Below are positions 28,740 to 42,573 of a DNA stretch of 64,000 nucleotides, piece by piece. The DNA is taken from assembly GCA_038209745.1 (NCBI GenBank), contig JBBQXJ010000012.1, forward strand, positions 1 to 64,000. Direction: 5' to 3'. The translations under genes and the position numbers were made by a program. The notes below the pieces were generated by a model that was not told the DNA's origin, made no database searches, and saw only the letters and a program-made list of their open reading frames with translations. The number at the start of each line of letters is the position of its first letter. The first letter of the stretch is position 1. This DNA comes from Verrucomicrobiota bacterium (GTDB lineage Bacteria; Verrucomicrobiota; Verrucomicrobiia; Limisphaerales; CANJSG01).

Positions 28740-29852
28740 ATGGACATCCATACCTTTCTGAGTTCCCCCGCTGATTTCACCCGCCGCACCGGTCCGAACG
28801 ACCGGATCGTTCTCTCGAGCCGCGTCCGACTGGCCCGCAACATCAACGGATTCACCTTTCCCGGTTTTGCCAAAAAAGCCGAGCGCATCCGGGCTCTCGA
28901 AATCCTCCGGCCCGCCGTCGAGTCCGCGCCCCTCATGACCAGCCGGTTCTCCGACTCGATGGAGAATCTTACGGCCCTCGACAAGCAGGTCTTGGTCGAA
29001 CGGCACCTGATCAGCCGGGAGCACGCGGCCAAAAGCCAGGGTTCCGGAATCATCTTCAATCGAACGGAAACCCTCTGTGTCATGATCAACGAGGAGGACC
29101 ACCTGAGAATGCAGGCGCTCCTGCCCGGTCTCCAGCTCCGACAGGCCTGGACGGAAATCGACGCGCTCGATTCCCAGCTCGAAGCCAATCTCGACTACGC
29201 CTTCAACCGGGAATTCGGCTACCTCACCGCCTGCCCCACCAACCTGGGGACCGGTATCCGCGTCAGCGCCATGCTCCACCTGCCCGGCTTGGTCCTCGGA
29301 GAGCAGATCAACCAGATCATCCAGTCGGTCAACAAGCTGGGTCTCGCGGTCCGCGGCCTCTACGGGGAAGGCACCGAAGCGCTGGGAAACATCTTCCAAG
29401 TCTCCAACCAGATGACCCTCGGCGAGACCGAGTTGGACATCGTCGCCCGGCTCGAAAAGGTCCTCGCGCAAATCATCGACCACGAGGAGAACTGCCGGGC
29501 GTCGCTCCTGGAAAAGAAGCCGAAAGTCGTCTTCAACCACATAGGCCGCGCCTACGGAATCCTTTCCAACGCCTATAGCATCTCCTCGAAGGAGACGATG
29601 AACCTCTTGTCGCTGCTCCGGCTCGGCTACGACTACGGGTATTTCCCGACCGCCGAGCGCGCGGTGTTCGACGAGATGTTCATCACCACCCAACCGGCCC
29701 ACCTCCGGAAGAAGTTCTCGGACAAGCTGGATGCGGAGGAACGCGACCTTCATCGCGCCGACATGTTGCGGGAACGGCTTGCTTCCGTTCCCCGCCCAGA
29801 ATGCCGCGGACCCGCCGGTTCAGAAGGCCCGCTGGACAAACCGACCGAGTAA
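28740..29852 (+). CDS. mcsB: Protein arginine kinase McsB
   Basis: SSRVRLARN, NEEDHLR, CPTNLGTG, RGLYGEG, QVSNQ. Confidence 0.93.
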   Translation: MDIHTFLSSPADFTRRTGPNDRIVLSSRVRLARNINGFTFPGFAKKAERIRALEILRPAVESAPLMTSRFSDSMENLTALDKQVLVERHLISREHAAKSQGSGIIFNRTETLCVMINEEDHLRMQALLPGLQLRQAWTEIDALDSQLEANLDYAFNREFGYLTACPTNLGTGIRVSAMLHLPGLVLGEQINQIIQSVNKLGLAVRGLYGEGTEALGNIFQVSNQMTLGETELDIVARLEKVLAQIIDHEENCRASLLEKKPKVVFNHIGRAYGILSNAYSISSKETMNLLSLLRLGYDYGYFPTAERAVFDEMFITTQPAHLRKKFSDKLDAEERDLHRADMLRERLASVPRPECRGPAGSEGPLDKPTE

Positions 29853-29871
29853 ACACAGGTTCAAAAAGAGT

Positions 29872-32376
<2,505 letters not shown>

Positions 32377-32403
32377 TCGGAGCTTCCGATCGAAACTCTC
32401 CAT

Positions 32404-32432
32404 AAGCCGTCCGGATTTCCGGACGGCTTTTT
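32404..32432 (+). terminator. Intrinsic terminator of the ilvE-mcsAB-clpC operon
   Basis: AAGCCGTCCGGA-TT-TCCGGACGGCTTTTT. Confidence 0.8.
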
Positions 32433-32538
32433 CGTTGTTCCAAAAGACACCCGACCCTGGCTGTGCGCTTGACGATGCGTTTGCCCCAAAAGTGGCTTGG
32501 CATCCGCCTTCGACGCTCCATCTTGGAGTCGCCCCACG

Positions 32539-35500
32539 ATGAAAGCCCGGACACCTGGAATCCTTGTTGTAGTTTCGGTCCTGCTGCATGCCGTCTTGTC
32601 CTCGCCCGTGACATTGCGCGCAGCCTCGCCGTCGCCAACCCCGGCCCACGTCGACTTCGCCAAGGAACTCCTTCCGATCTTCGAGGAACGTTGCTTCGAG
32701 TGCCACGGTCCAAAAAAGGAGGAGTCCGCCATGCGGGCCGACAGCCGAGAGTCCCTGCTCAAAGGCGGCGACAACGGCCCGTCCATCGTCCCCGGCAACA
32801 GCGCCAACAGCATTCTGGTCCAGGTGCTGACGGGCACTCATGAGACCATCGCGGCGATGCCGAAAAAGAAGAAGAAGCTCTCGGCCGATCAAATCGCACT
32901 CATCCGTACCTGGATCGATCAAGGCGCCGTCTGGGAAGGCGCCTCCGTCGCTTCAAAGCGTGCCTACGCTACGAACCATTGGGCCTTCATACCTCCTCTC
33001 CGTCCCTCCACACCCACGGTGGCCCGCCGATCGTGGACCCGTGATCCGATCGACGCCTTCGTTGCGGCCCGCCTCGAGAAGGAAGGGCTGAGACCCTCGC
33101 CCGAAGCGGACAAGGCCATCCTGCTCCGCCGACTCAGCCTCGACCTCATCGGTTTGCCGCCGACTCCCGCCGAGCTTGATGCTTTCCTCTCCGACCGATC
33201 CTCCGACGCCTACGAACGCCAAGTCGATCGTCTCCTAGCCTCCCCACACTATGGCGAACGCTGGGGCCGCCATTGGCTGGACGCCGCCCGTTACGCAGAC
33301 ACGGACGGCTACGAAAAGGACAAGACCCGCTTCGTCTGGTTCTACCGCGACTGGGTCGTCAACGCCTTCAACCAGGACATGCCCTACGACCAGTTCATCG
33401 TCCGCCAGATCGCCGGCGACGAACTGCCCAACGCAACCCAGGACGACGTTGTTGCCACCGGTTTTCTGCGCAATTCGATGCTCAACGAAGAAGGAGCCAT
33501 CGACCCGGAGCAGTTCCGCATGGAGGCCATGTTTGACCGCATGGACGCCATCGGGAAAAGCGTGCTCGGCGTCACCATCCAGTGCGCCCAGTGCCACAAC
33601 CACAAGTTTGACCCGATTTCGCAGGAGGAATATTATCGGCTGTTCGCCTTCCTCAACAACGACAACGAATCGTCTCCCGTCGTCTATACCCCCTCTGAGC
33701 AGATGAAGGCGGATGAACTCCGGCGCAAGATCCACGAGATCGAGGCCCGTCTGCAGCACGGCACGCCCGACTGGGAGTCCCGGATGGACGCCTGGGGCAA
33801 TGCCACCCTTGCCGCCCAGCCGAAATGGACGACTGCTGCGATGGAGTTTCAGGGAGAAAAATCGGAACGCTACTTCCTCCAGAACGATGGCTCGTTCCTA
33901 GCACAAGGCTACGCTCCGACCAAGTCCAGCCCCCGCTGGCGCTCTACCAACCAGCTCTCCGAGATCCGCGGTTTCCGACTCGACCTGTTGAACGACGACA
34001 ACCTGCCGCGCAGCGGTCCGGGACGTTCCATCTTTGGCACCGCCGGACTGACTGAATTCGAGGTCGATGTCGCTCCCCTGTCCGATCCGGGTAAACGCAC
34101 TAGGGTCAAGCTCACCAAAGCCGTCGCGGACGTCGAGATGCCGGAGACGCCGCTCCCCGCGACCTATGACGACAAGAGCAACCGCAAGCGCGTCCTCGGC
34201 CCCGCTTCCTACGCGCTCGACGGCAAGGACGAGACCGCATGGAGCTTCGACAACGGGGCGGGTCGAAGAAACCAGCCCCACGCCGTCGTCTTCCAAGCGG
34301 AGACCAACGTCGCCTTCCCGGGCGGCACGGTCGTGGACTTCATCATTCGGGAGAACCACGGCGGCAATAACAGCGACGACAACCAGAACAACAACGTCGG
34401 TCGCTTCCGGATATCCGTTTCCTCCGGGGCCAACGCGGCCGATCAACCCGCCCTTCCCGACCAGGTCCTTGCCGCGCTGAAGACCCCCGCCCGCCAGCGG
34501 ACCCCCGACCAGAAGTCCGTTCTCTTCACCGCGTGGCGCACCACCGTGCCCGAATGGTCCAAGGCGAACGCAGAAATCGACGCGTTGCATCGAGAGTGGC
34601 CCGAAGGCACCACCCAACTCACGCTCACTCCGCGCGAAGGAGGCCGCACCACGTCCATCCTCCGCCGCGGCGATTGGTTGAAGCCCGCCGATCCCGTGAC
34701 CGCCGCCTTTCCCTCCGTCCTCAATCCTCCGCCGGCCAACGCGGGCAATTCCCGCCTGACGCTGGCCAAGTGGCTGGTCGATCGCCAGAGCCCGACCACG
34801 GCCCGCGTCTTCGTGAACCGGATCTGGCAGGCCTATTTCGGCCGGGGCATCGTCAGCACCCCGGAAGACTTCGGCACCCAGTCGCCGCCTCCGAGCCATC
34901 CCGAACTGCTGGACTGGCTCGCCGTCGAGTTCATGGAACACGGCTGGAGCATCAAACACATCCAACGCCTCATCGTCACCTCGGCCACCTATCGCCAATC
35001 GTCCCGGGTTTCCCCCGCGCTGCTGGAACGCGACCCGTTGAACGACCTTCTCGCCCGCTCTTCACGATTCCGGGTCGACAGCGAAATCGTCCGCGACATC
35101 GCCCTCGCCAGCAGCGGGTTGTTGTCCGAAACGCTCGGCGGTCCACCGATCTATCCGCCGATCCCCGAATTCATGAACCAGCCACCCGTCAGCTACGGCC
35201 CCTTCCCCTGGCATGAAGCCCAAGGCAAAGACCGCTACCGACGTGGCCTGTATGTCTTCCGCCGCCGCAACCAACTGCACCCGTCCATGTCGGTCTTCGA
35301 CGCGCCCACGGGCGACTTCTCCTGCGTGCGCCGCTCCCGCTCCGACACGCCGCTCCAGGCGCTCACCACGTTGAACGAAACCATCTTCAACGAAGCGGCC
35401 CGGGCGCTCGCGCTCCGATCCCTGCAATCGGGTGGCACCAGCGATGACGACCGCATCAGCTTCGCCTTCCGTTGTGTCACCAGCCGGGCGCCGTCCCGCA

Positions 35501-35703
35501 CGGAACGCGCGGATCTGCGCCAGTTCCTCGAACGCCAAAAGACCCGGCTCGCCGACGGCTGGCTCGACATCCGCAAGCTTGGCGCCATCGACGGCGACAA
35601 GACCTCGGAGCTTCCTTCTGGCACGACGCCCAACCAGCTCGCCGCCTACACCGCGCTCTCCCGCGTGCTGCTCAACCTCGATGAAACGCTGACTCGAGAA
35701 TAG
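32539..35703 (+). CDS. Planctomycete cytochrome c / DUF1549 / DUF1553 (PSD1) protein
   Basis: CFECHG heme motif, [46 protein letters not shown]. Confidence 0.92.
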   Translation: MKARTPGILVVVSVLLHAVLSSPVTLRAASPSPTPAHVDFAKELLPIFEERCFECHGPKKEESAMRADSRESLLKGGDNGPSIVPGNSANSILVQVLTGTHETIAAMPKKKKKLSADQIALIRTWIDQGAVWEGASVASKRAYATNHWAFIPPLRPSTPTVARRSWTRDPIDAFVAARLEKEGLRPSPEADKAILLRRLSLDLIGLPPTPAELDAFLSDRSSDAYERQVDRLLASPHYGERWGRHWLDAARYADTDGYEKDKTRFVWFYRDWVVNAFNQDMPYDQFIVRQIAGDELPNATQDDVVATGFLRNSMLNEEGAIDPEQFRMEAMFDRMDAIGKSVLGVTIQCAQCHNHKFDPISQEEYYRLFAFLNNDNESSPVVYTPSEQMKADELRRKIHEIEARLQHGTPDWESRMDAWGNATLAAQPKWTTAAMEFQGEKSERYFLQNDGSFLAQGYAPTKSSPRWRSTNQLSEIRGFRLDLLNDDNLPRSGPGRSIFGTAGLTEFEVDVAPLSDPGKRTRVKLTKAVADVEMPETPLPATYDDKSNRKRVLGPASYALDGKDETAWSFDNGAGRRNQPHAVVFQAETNVAFPGGTVVDFIIRENHGGNNSDDNQNNNVGRFRISVSSGANAADQPALPDQVLAALKTPARQRTPDQKSVLFTAWRTTVPEWSKANAEIDALHREWPEGTTQLTLTPREGGRTTSILRRGDWLKPADPVTAAFPSVLNPPPANAGNSRLTLAKWLVDRQSPTTARVFVNRIWQAYFGRGIVSTPEDFGTQSPPPSHPELLDWLAVEFMEHGWSIKHIQRLIVTSATYRQSSRVSPALLERDPLNDLLARSSRFRVDSEIVRDIALASSGLLSETLGGPPIYPPIPEFMNQPPVSYGPFPWHEAQGKDRYRRGLYVFRRRNQLHPSMSVFDAPTGDFSCVRRSRSDTPLQALTTLNETIFNEAARALALRSLQSGGTSDDDRISFAFRCVTSRAPSRTERADLRQFLERQKTRLADGWLDIRKLGAIDGDKTSELPSGTTPNQLAAYTALSRVLLNLDETLTRE

Positions 35704-35705
35704 CC

Positions 35706-37142
35706 ATGAACTGCCAATCCCATCTCCTCCGCGGACAGGACCCACGCTGGGTCACCCGCCGCTGGTTTTTCCAGCAGTGCGCCGTCGGCCTCGGTGCCGT
35801 CGCCTTGAACGCGCTGCTCCAGCAGGACGGACTCGCCCGCGCCGTGGCCGGCACCGATCCAATGGCTCCAAAGAAGCCGCATCACGCCGCCAAAGCCAAA
35901 CGCGTCATCCACCTCTTCATGGGCGGTGGTCCCAGCCATCTGGAGCTCTTCGACAACAAACCCGAGCTGACCAAATGGGACGGCAAGCTGCCGCCCGCCG
36001 AACTGCTGAAAGGCTACCGATCCGCCTTCATCGACCCGAACTCCTCGCTCCTCGGGCCCAAGTTCAAGTTTGCCCGCTACGGCCAATCCGGCGCGGAGGT
36101 GAGCGAACTCCTGCCGCATTTCAGCGGGATCGTGGACGACTGCTGCATCGTGAAGGGGATGGTCAGCGACGCCTTCAACCACGCGCCCGCGCAGCTCTTC
36201 ATGAGCACCGGCTCGCAGATCGCCGGCCGGCCCAGCTTCGGTGCCTGGAGCACCTACGGCCTCGGCAGCGAGACCAAGGATCTGCCCGGCTTCGTCGTGC
36301 TCCAGTCGGGAGCCAAGGGTCCCAGCGGCGGTTCGGCCAACTGGGGTTCAGGCTTCCTGCCCACCGTCCACGCCGGCGTGCCCTTCCGCTCTTCCGGCGA
36401 TCCGGTCATGTATCTGGCCAATCCGTCCGGGGTCGATCCGGAGCTGCAGAAGGATTCCATCGACACCATCAACCGCCTCAACCGCCGCCGCCTCGACGTG
36501 GTCGGCGATCCCGAGATCGCCACCCGGGTCAGCGCCTACGAGATGGCCTACCGCATGCAGACCAGCGCGCCCGAACTCATGGATCTTTCCAAGGAGTCGC
36601 AGGCGACGTTGGACATGTATGGCGCCGTTCCGGGCAAAGCCTCCTTCGCGAACAATTGCCTTCTCGCCCGCCGCCTGATCGAGCGGGGCGTCCGCTTCGT
36701 CGAGCTCTTCCACGAGAGCTGGGACCAGCACGGCGACCTGACCAACGGCCTGAAGAACAACTGCCGCGACACCGACCAGGCCTCCGCTGCACTGGTGAAG
36801 GACCTGAAACAGCGCGGCCTGCTGGAGGACACGCTCGTGATCTGGGGCGGCGAATTTGGACGAACCCCGATGGTCCAGGGCGGCAACGACGGTCGCGACC
36901 ATCATCCCAACGCCTTCACCATGTGGTTCGCCGGCGGCGGCGTGAAACCCGGTCTGACCCTCGGCGAATCCGACGAATTCGGGTTCAACGTGATCAAGGA
37001 CCGGGTCCACGTCCACGACCTGCACGCCACCCTCCTGCACCTCCTCGGCTTCGACCACACCAAGCTCACCTACCGCTTCCAAGGCCGCGACTTCCGCCTG
37101 ACGGACGTGAGCGGCGAAGTGGCGACGAAGATGGTTGCGTAG
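35706..37142 (+). CDS. DUF1501 protein (Tat-like signal, sulfatase-like)
   Basis: [36 protein letters not shown]. Confidence 0.92.
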   Translation: MNCQSHLLRGQDPRWVTRRWFFQQCAVGLGAVALNALLQQDGLARAVAGTDPMAPKKPHHAAKAKRVIHLFMGGGPSHLELFDNKPELTKWDGKLPPAELLKGYRSAFIDPNSSLLGPKFKFARYGQSGAEVSELLPHFSGIVDDCCIVKGMVSDAFNHAPAQLFMSTGSQIAGRPSFGAWSTYGLGSETKDLPGFVVLQSGAKGPSGGSANWGSGFLPTVHAGVPFRSSGDPVMYLANPSGVDPELQKDSIDTINRLNRRRLDVVGDPEIATRVSAYEMAYRMQTSAPELMDLSKESQATLDMYGAVPGKASFANNCLLARRLIERGVRFVELFHESWDQHGDLTNGLKNNCRDTDQASAALVKDLKQRGLLEDTLVIWGGEFGRTPMVQGGNDGRDHHPNAFTMWFAGGGVKPGLTLGESDEFGFNVIKDRVHVHDLHATLLHLLGFDHTKLTYRFQGRDFRLTDVSGEVATKMVA

Positions 37143-37199
37143 TAAAAATTTTGGGCTTCAAACACCCGTCCATCGGCCGAGGTCGAACCCCACCGTCGT

Positions 37200-38795
37200 T
37201 CACGGCTGCTCCAGCCGGTAGAACCGGGCCCCGTTGCTGATTCCGATGGTTGTCGGATTCGTCGCGCCACTGGCGGCCGTGCTCCAGTTTGCGGTCACGA
37301 GATTGGAGCTGTGTCGCAGCACGAAGCCAGCCGTCGTAGGTGTCCACGAAAGGGTCGCGGTGCCAGCCGTGCCGGGACTGATCGACAGGAGTGGCGGCGC
37401 GTTGGGAATCACATACACCGTGCGTTGGATCATGCCACCGCCGCCCAGGTAGTTCTGGGTTTGGTAGGTCAGCTCGTAGCTGCCCACCGTGTTGGTGTCC
37501 ACCTCCCCGCTGATCGTTACCGCGCCCGGCATCACATCGCTGAGCCCGGCCGGAGCGGTGCTCTGTCCGTAGTCGTTCCGGCCCCACCCGATGATCGTGC
37601 CGTCCAAGGTGCGGGCAAGGCTGTGATAGCCCCCGGCGGCGACGGCCACGACGACCACGTTGGACAACGAAACGGGCACGTTGGTCTGGCCGTCTTTGTT
37701 CAAGCCCCAGGCGACGATCGATCCATCGGCACACAGGGCGAGGTTGTGGTAGAAGCCGGCGGCGATGGCCACGACGTTGGTCAATCCGGGCGGCACGTTG
37801 GTCTGGCCGGAACCGCCCAAGCCCCAAGCCCTGACCGTTCCCTCGGCCGTGAGCGCGAGACCGTGGTTGCGCCCGCTTGCGACGGCCACCGCGTTGGTCA
37901 ACTCGGCCGGGATACGGGTCTGTCCGGCATCGTTCGCACCCCATCCCGTCACGGTGCCGTCCGAGCGCAGCGCGAGGCAATGATACTGGCCCGCCGCCAC
38001 GGCCACGGCGTTCGTCAGGTCGGGGGGAACGGTTGTCTGCTGATAGTTGGTGCTGCCCCACGCCTGAACGGTTCCATCGGCGCGCAGCGCCATGCTGTGG
38101 TATTCGCCCGCCGATACGGCGACGCCATTGGTCAGATCCGGCGGAACGTGGGTCTGGCCTTGAAGTCCCAAACCCCAGGCAAGGACGGCGCCATCGTCCC
38201 TCACGGCCAAGCTGTGGAGAAACCCTCCGGAAACCCCGACGATATTGGTCAGTCCGGGGAAGTTCGTCGCTTGGCCATAGGTGTTGAGGCCTCGGCCCAC
38301 GACGGTGCCATCGGCCTTGACGAAGAGGGTGTGCGAGAAGCCCGCACCCATGACGATCGACGGTGTGGACCCGGAAAGCCCCGCGTCCACATACGGGCGG
38401 CCGAGGATGTTCGTCGTTGGATTCCCGCCCTTGAGAGCGAGAACCGGAGAGATGAAGAACCGGTCCCGGCCGGTGAAACGTCCCGCCTCATTCGTCGCCA
38501 CCGCCCTGAAGTGATAGAGCCGCGCCGGCAGAAGGTCGGTCAATCCGGCTTCGAACAACACCGCTTCGTCCCCCTGCCCCAGCTCGACCGGTGGCGTATT
38601 GGATCCATAGGCGGGTGAGGCACCCCACTCAAACCAAGCGGCCGTTGCGAAGCCCTCCGGCCGGACGCTGCCTCGCAGGACCGCGTTGGTTGCGCCCGGA
38701 GCGGAGGCGGACACCGTCGCGATCTCAGCTCCCCCGGCGGGCCCGCATGCCAGGGCGGCGAGGGCAAAAAGAAGCCGCAGCGTGGAACCGGTCAT
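37200..38795 (-). CDS. Secreted RCC1-repeat protein with FN3-like and DUF5011/Ig-like segments
   Basis: Signal peptide, about seven AG..H.LAL..DGTV..WG repeats, Verrucomicrobia-type C-terminal tail RFYRL. Confidence 0.85.
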   Translation of the reverse strand: MTGSTLRLLFALAALACGPAGGAEIATVSASAPGATNAVLRGSVRPEGFATAAWFEWGASPAYGSNTPPVELGQGDEAVLFEAGLTDLLPARLYHFRAVATNEAGRFTGRDRFFISPVLALKGGNPTTNILGRPYVDAGLSGSTPSIVMGAGFSHTLFVKADGTVVGRGLNTYGQATNFPGLTNIVGVSGGFLHSLAVRDDGAVLAWGLGLQGQTHVPPDLTNGVAVSAGEYHSMALRADGTVQAWGSTNYQQTTVPPDLTNAVAVAAGQYHCLALRSDGTVTGWGANDAGQTRIPAELTNAVAVASGRNHGLALTAEGTVRAWGLGGSGQTNVPPGLTNVVAIAAGFYHNLALCADGSIVAWGLNKDGQTNVPVSLSNVVVVAVAAGGYHSLARTLDGTIIGWGRNDYGQSTAPAGLSDVMPGAVTISGEVDTNTVGSYELTYQTQNYLGGGGMIQRTVYVIPNAPPLLSISPGTAGTATLSWTPTTAGFVLRHSSNLVTANWSTAASGATNPTTIGISNGARFYRLEQP

Positions 38796-38830
38796 TTGTC
38801 CGCCGCGGCTCATCCCGGAACGCCCTCGGC

Positions 38831-39952
38831 TTACTCGGACAGGTTCACCAGTTGGAGCGTGCCGATGCCGCCGGGATTCCAGTTGGTGAAGACGACGAAA
38901 ACCTTCTGCTTGTCGCCCTTGCCGGTGACATACCAGCACGCGTCATGGATGTGCTGGGCGTCCTCGTAGCCGAGGTCTTCCTTCGCCTTGATGGTGGCGA
39001 CCACGGCCCGCTTCTTCAGGTTGATGATGTAGATGGGCCCGGCGCTCTGATTCGCCCCGTCCAGGCAAGGGGCCAACGCGTAGTCGCCCCAGATGTCGAA
39101 GCCACACACGGTGCTGCCGGGAGGCAGTCCATCGATCTCGTCCACCACGCCGTCCTTCAGCGGGAAGCGCTTCATCAGACCCTCGGGCCGGGCGGCCACA
39201 AGCAGCGACTTTTCCTCGGGCCGATAGGTGATCCCGTGGGGTGTCCCGGAGAGAGTTTTTCCGCCATAGAATCGGCCCTGATATTCGAAAGGATCGACGT
39301 TGACCGGCATGAGCCACGCCTGCGCGTATCCATCGGTGAACCAGACTTCCTTGGAGCTGACGAAGGCCGCGTCGGTGGGGGCGAAGTTCTTCTTGAGATT
39401 GTAGGGCGCGCCCTGCGGCACGGACAGCACCTGCGCGTGCTGGAAGGTCGTGTCGGTCAGGTAGAGCTTGCCGGACACGTTGTCGGCGGCGGCCACGAGC
39501 GGCGGCTTGCCCGGGCGTTGGAGGATGTCGGCTCCGTGGACCGTGCCGGCATCGAAGACGGAGTCGCCCTTGATGATCCAGGCGGTCGCCAACTGGTTGG
39601 TATATCCGATCCAGCCCACTCCGACCAACGGCCAGTAGAGATTGCCATTGGCCTTGTCGACAATGAGCGTGTTGTGCGCCTTGGTTCGACTCGGCATGGC
39701 GGCTTCGGGGGTCGGAGTCAGGTCCCGGCGGGCGATGAATTTCCAGTAGCCGCTCCCGCTGACCCTGGTGCCGGGCTCCAGTTTGGTGGACGCCACTTTG
39801 ACCGGGCCGGCCTGTTCGACGATGAAGGGAAAGGCCTTGGCCGTGACGACCGGATGCTCGTGGCCTACGCCCGCGTCATGGGCGCGAAGGGCGGAACCTG
39901 AGGCGGCAAAAACGGCGGCGATGATCAGCGTGCGAAAGCGGGTTGGATTCAT
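38831..39952 (-). CDS. Hypothetical secreted beta-propeller (NHL-like) protein
   Basis: Signal peptide; FAPTD..TDGY, PHGIT and HIHDACW motifs. Confidence 0.7.
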   Translation of the reverse strand: MNPTRFRTLIIAAVFAASGSALRAHDAGVGHEHPVVTAKAFPFIVEQAGPVKVASTKLEPGTRVSGSGYWKFIARRDLTPTPEAAMPSRTKAHNTLIVDKANGNLYWPLVGVGWIGYTNQLATAWIIKGDSVFDAGTVHGADILQRPGKPPLVAAADNVSGKLYLTDTTFQHAQVLSVPQGAPYNLKKNFAPTDAAFVSSKEVWFTDGYAQAWLMPVNVDPFEYQGRFYGGKTLSGTPHGITYRPEEKSLLVAARPEGLMKRFPLKDGVVDEIDGLPPGSTVCGFDIWGDYALAPCLDGANQSAGPIYIINLKKRAVVATIKAKEDLGYEDAQHIHDACWYVTGKGDKQKVFVVFTNWNPGGIGTLQLVNLSE

Positions 39953-40202
39953 GTCGTGGAGGATTGTCGGTGGGCGACTGGACCCTCTCAAATCGATCCA
40001 TCGCTGCCAATGCAAAGTTCCCGGCCACGCGGCCGGGTTGCGCCTTGACAGGGCAAACCGGACCGGCAGCAATCGAATGGGTGTGGACCGAGACCGGAGT
40101 TAGTCCATCCCGTAGCCGGATCGAACTGGACAAGCCCTGTGAACCCGGCCGGATGTCGAGCTTCGACGAGTCAACCAACCCGGCACTGCGGCCCTTCAAA
40201 TC

Positions 40203-42560
40203 ATGAAACCTCCAAGGTGCGCCCTCCTGGCGCGGATTCTCCTGCTGTCCTTCGCTTCCATCGCGGGGAACGCCGCGCATGCCCAATCGATCTACACGCC
40301 GTATGCCTTCACCAACTTCGTCGGCCAACCCGGCGCCATCGGTTCCGCCGACGGAGCCGGAACGGCGGCCGGTTTTAACATTCCCCACAGCCTGGCCGTC
40401 GATTCGTCCGGCAACGTCTATGTCGCCGACACCTTCAACCATTCCATCCGCAAGATAACGCCCGCCGGAGTCTCGACGACGATCGCGGGGAGCCCCGGAA
40501 ACAAGGGCTACGGTGACGGCGTCGGCAACGCGGAAGCGCCGCGTTTCAACAGCCCGATCGGTCTGTCGTCCGACAGCGCCGGAAACATCTACGTCGCCGA
40601 CAACGGAAACCAATCGATCCGAAAGGTCACGCCCACCGGAGTGGTGAGCCTCTTTGCGGGCCAGATCGGGATCAAGGGGAGCCAGAGCGGTCCACGCATC
40701 GGGGCCACCTTCAACAGTCCCAATTCCACTGCGGTGGACAGCGCCGGAAACATCTACGTTTCGGACCTGGTCAACCGGGTCATCCGGAAGATCGAACCTG
40801 ACGGGATTGTCGGCATCTTCGCCGGCACGGTTGGATTGCAGGGCACGAACGATGGCGTGGGTTCCATCGCCAGGTTCACGGCTCCGATGGGTCTGGCCGT
40901 GGACCGCGCGAACAATCTCTACGTGGCCGACCAGGGCGGCGACACGATCCGCAAGATCGCTCCCGGCGGAACGGTGACCACCTTGGCCGGCACGGGCAAG
41001 AAGAGCGGCTCCACCGACGGTGTCGGTGCCGATGCCCGCTTCACCGGCCCCGAAAACCTCGCGGTTGATTCGGCCGGCAACGTCTATGTGTCCGACACGG
41101 GCAACCAGACCATCCGGAAGGTCACACCGGACGGAGTCGTCACCACCTTGGCCGGCTCGCCCGGACTGAAGGGCACCGCCGACGGCACGAACGACGTGGC
41201 GCGCTTCAGCACTCCCCGTGGCATCGTCGTGGACAGGTCGAACATCGTCTTCGTGGCCGATTCGGGCAACTCCGCCATCCGCAAGCTCGTCGTCACCGGC
41301 GGGGACAGAGTCGTCACCACCTTCGCCGGCACTTTGAGCCAGAACGGCAGCGTGGACGCCACGGGCAACGCCGCGCAGTTCCATTTCCCCTATGGCCTGG
41401 CCTTCGACCCCGATGGCAACCTCTATGCCGCTGACCGGAGCAACCAGGACATCCGCAAGATCACGCCGGACGGCATCGTCACGACGTTCGCGGGATTGCC
41501 CGGAGAGGCCGGCAGCGCCGACGGCTCGGGCGGAGGCGCCCAGTTCTACGGCCCGGAGGAACTGAAGGTGGACTCTTCCGGCAACATCTACGTGGTCGAG
41601 TTCTTCAACAACACGGTCCGCAAGATCGCCCCGGTCGGTGCCAACTGGGTCGTCACCACTCTCGCGGGCTGTCCCACTTGTCCGGCCGGAACCAACGACG
41701 GTCCGGGAATCGAGGCGAGGTTCAGCGGTCCATTCGGGCTAACCGTGGACAGCTCGGGCAACGTCTTCGTCGCCGACACCGGGAACCAGACGATCCGCAA
41801 GCTCACGCCGTCGGGCGACGCGTGGACCGTAACGACCTTCGCCGGTGCCCCGAAGGTCGGAGGCGCTTCCGACGGCGTCGGCACAGCGGCACGGTTCGGG
41901 TCGCCGATCGGCCTGGCCGCCGACCGTCACGGCAACATTTTCGTCGTCGATGGATTCAGCGTCCGCATGATCACCTCCGACGCGACGGTCACGACGCTCG
42001 CGGGACACCCCGGAATCGGCAGCGCCGACGGAGACGGGAGCGTCGCCACTTTCTGGGTTCCACGGGGTATCGCGGTCGACGCCGCTGGCAACCTCTTCGT
42101 GGCCGACACCGCGAACCACCTCATCCGCGAGCTCGCCTCCACCGGCGGGGCCTGGAACGTCACGACGCTCGCAGGTAGTCCCGGAATGACCGGCACCAAC
42201 GACGGGGCCGGCTCGGAGGCCCGCTTCAACCAGCCGAGCGGCATCACCGTGGACGCGTTGGGCAACCTCTACGTGGTCGATTCCAACAACCACCGAATCA
42301 CCAAGGGAATCTCGCCCGACGGAGGGATGGGGATCTCGGTCGGGTTCGACAGCGGCGGCGGCGGCTTGTCAGTCGCTGAAGGATCCTTTTCCATGCGCGT
42401 GACGGGGCCGATGACGGGCTCCGTGGTCCTGGAAGCTTCCACCGATCTGGTCCTGTGGCTGCCGATCCAGACCAACTCCCTCTCGGCCCCGCCGGTGACC
42501 CTCTCGGTTCCGATCGAGCGGGGCGCGGACTCGTTCTTCCGGCTAAGGCTCACTCCATAG
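40203..42560 (+). CDS. Secreted NHL-repeat protein
   Basis: About twelve F..P.GLAVD..GN.YVAD..N..IRKI repeats; C-terminal EASTDL..W..FFRL tail. Confidence 0.92.
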   Translation: MKPPRCALLARILLLSFASIAGNAAHAQSIYTPYAFTNFVGQPGAIGSADGAGTAAGFNIPHSLAVDSSGNVYVADTFNHSIRKITPAGVSTTIAGSPGNKGYGDGVGNAEAPRFNSPIGLSSDSAGNIYVADNGNQSIRKVTPTGVVSLFAGQIGIKGSQSGPRIGATFNSPNSTAVDSAGNIYVSDLVNRVIRKIEPDGIVGIFAGTVGLQGTNDGVGSIARFTAPMGLAVDRANNLYVADQGGDTIRKIAPGGTVTTLAGTGKKSGSTDGVGADARFTGPENLAVDSAGNVYVSDTGNQTIRKVTPDGVVTTLAGSPGLKGTADGTNDVARFSTPRGIVVDRSNIVFVADSGNSAIRKLVVTGGDRVVTTFAGTLSQNGSVDATGNAAQFHFPYGLAFDPDGNLYAADRSNQDIRKITPDGIVTTFAGLPGEAGSADGSGGGAQFYGPEELKVDSSGNIYVVEFFNNTVRKIAPVGANWVVTTLAGCPTCPAGTNDGPGIEARFSGPFGLTVDSSGNVFVADTGNQTIRKLTPSGDAWTVTTFAGAPKVGGASDGVGTAARFGSPIGLAADRHGNIFVVDGFSVRMITSDATVTTLAGHPGIGSADGDGSVATFWVPRGIAVDAAGNLFVADTANHLIRELASTGGAWNVTTLAGSPGMTGTNDGAGSEARFNQPSGITVDALGNLYVVDSNNHRITKGISPDGGMGISVGFDSGGGGLSVAEGSFSMRVTGPMTGSVVLEASTDLVLWLPIQTNSLSAPPVTLSVPIERGADSFFRLRLTP

Positions 42561-42573
42561 AGCCTTCTTCGCA

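Noticed and set aside
40046..40120. CAGGGCAAACC resembling the start of a c-di-GMP-I riboswitch
   Set aside because: The GNRA-capped P2 stem and the downstream GACGCAAA motif are missing.
40203..42560. DNA-level repeats in the NHL and RCC1 genes
   Set aside because: Fully explained by protein repeat units.
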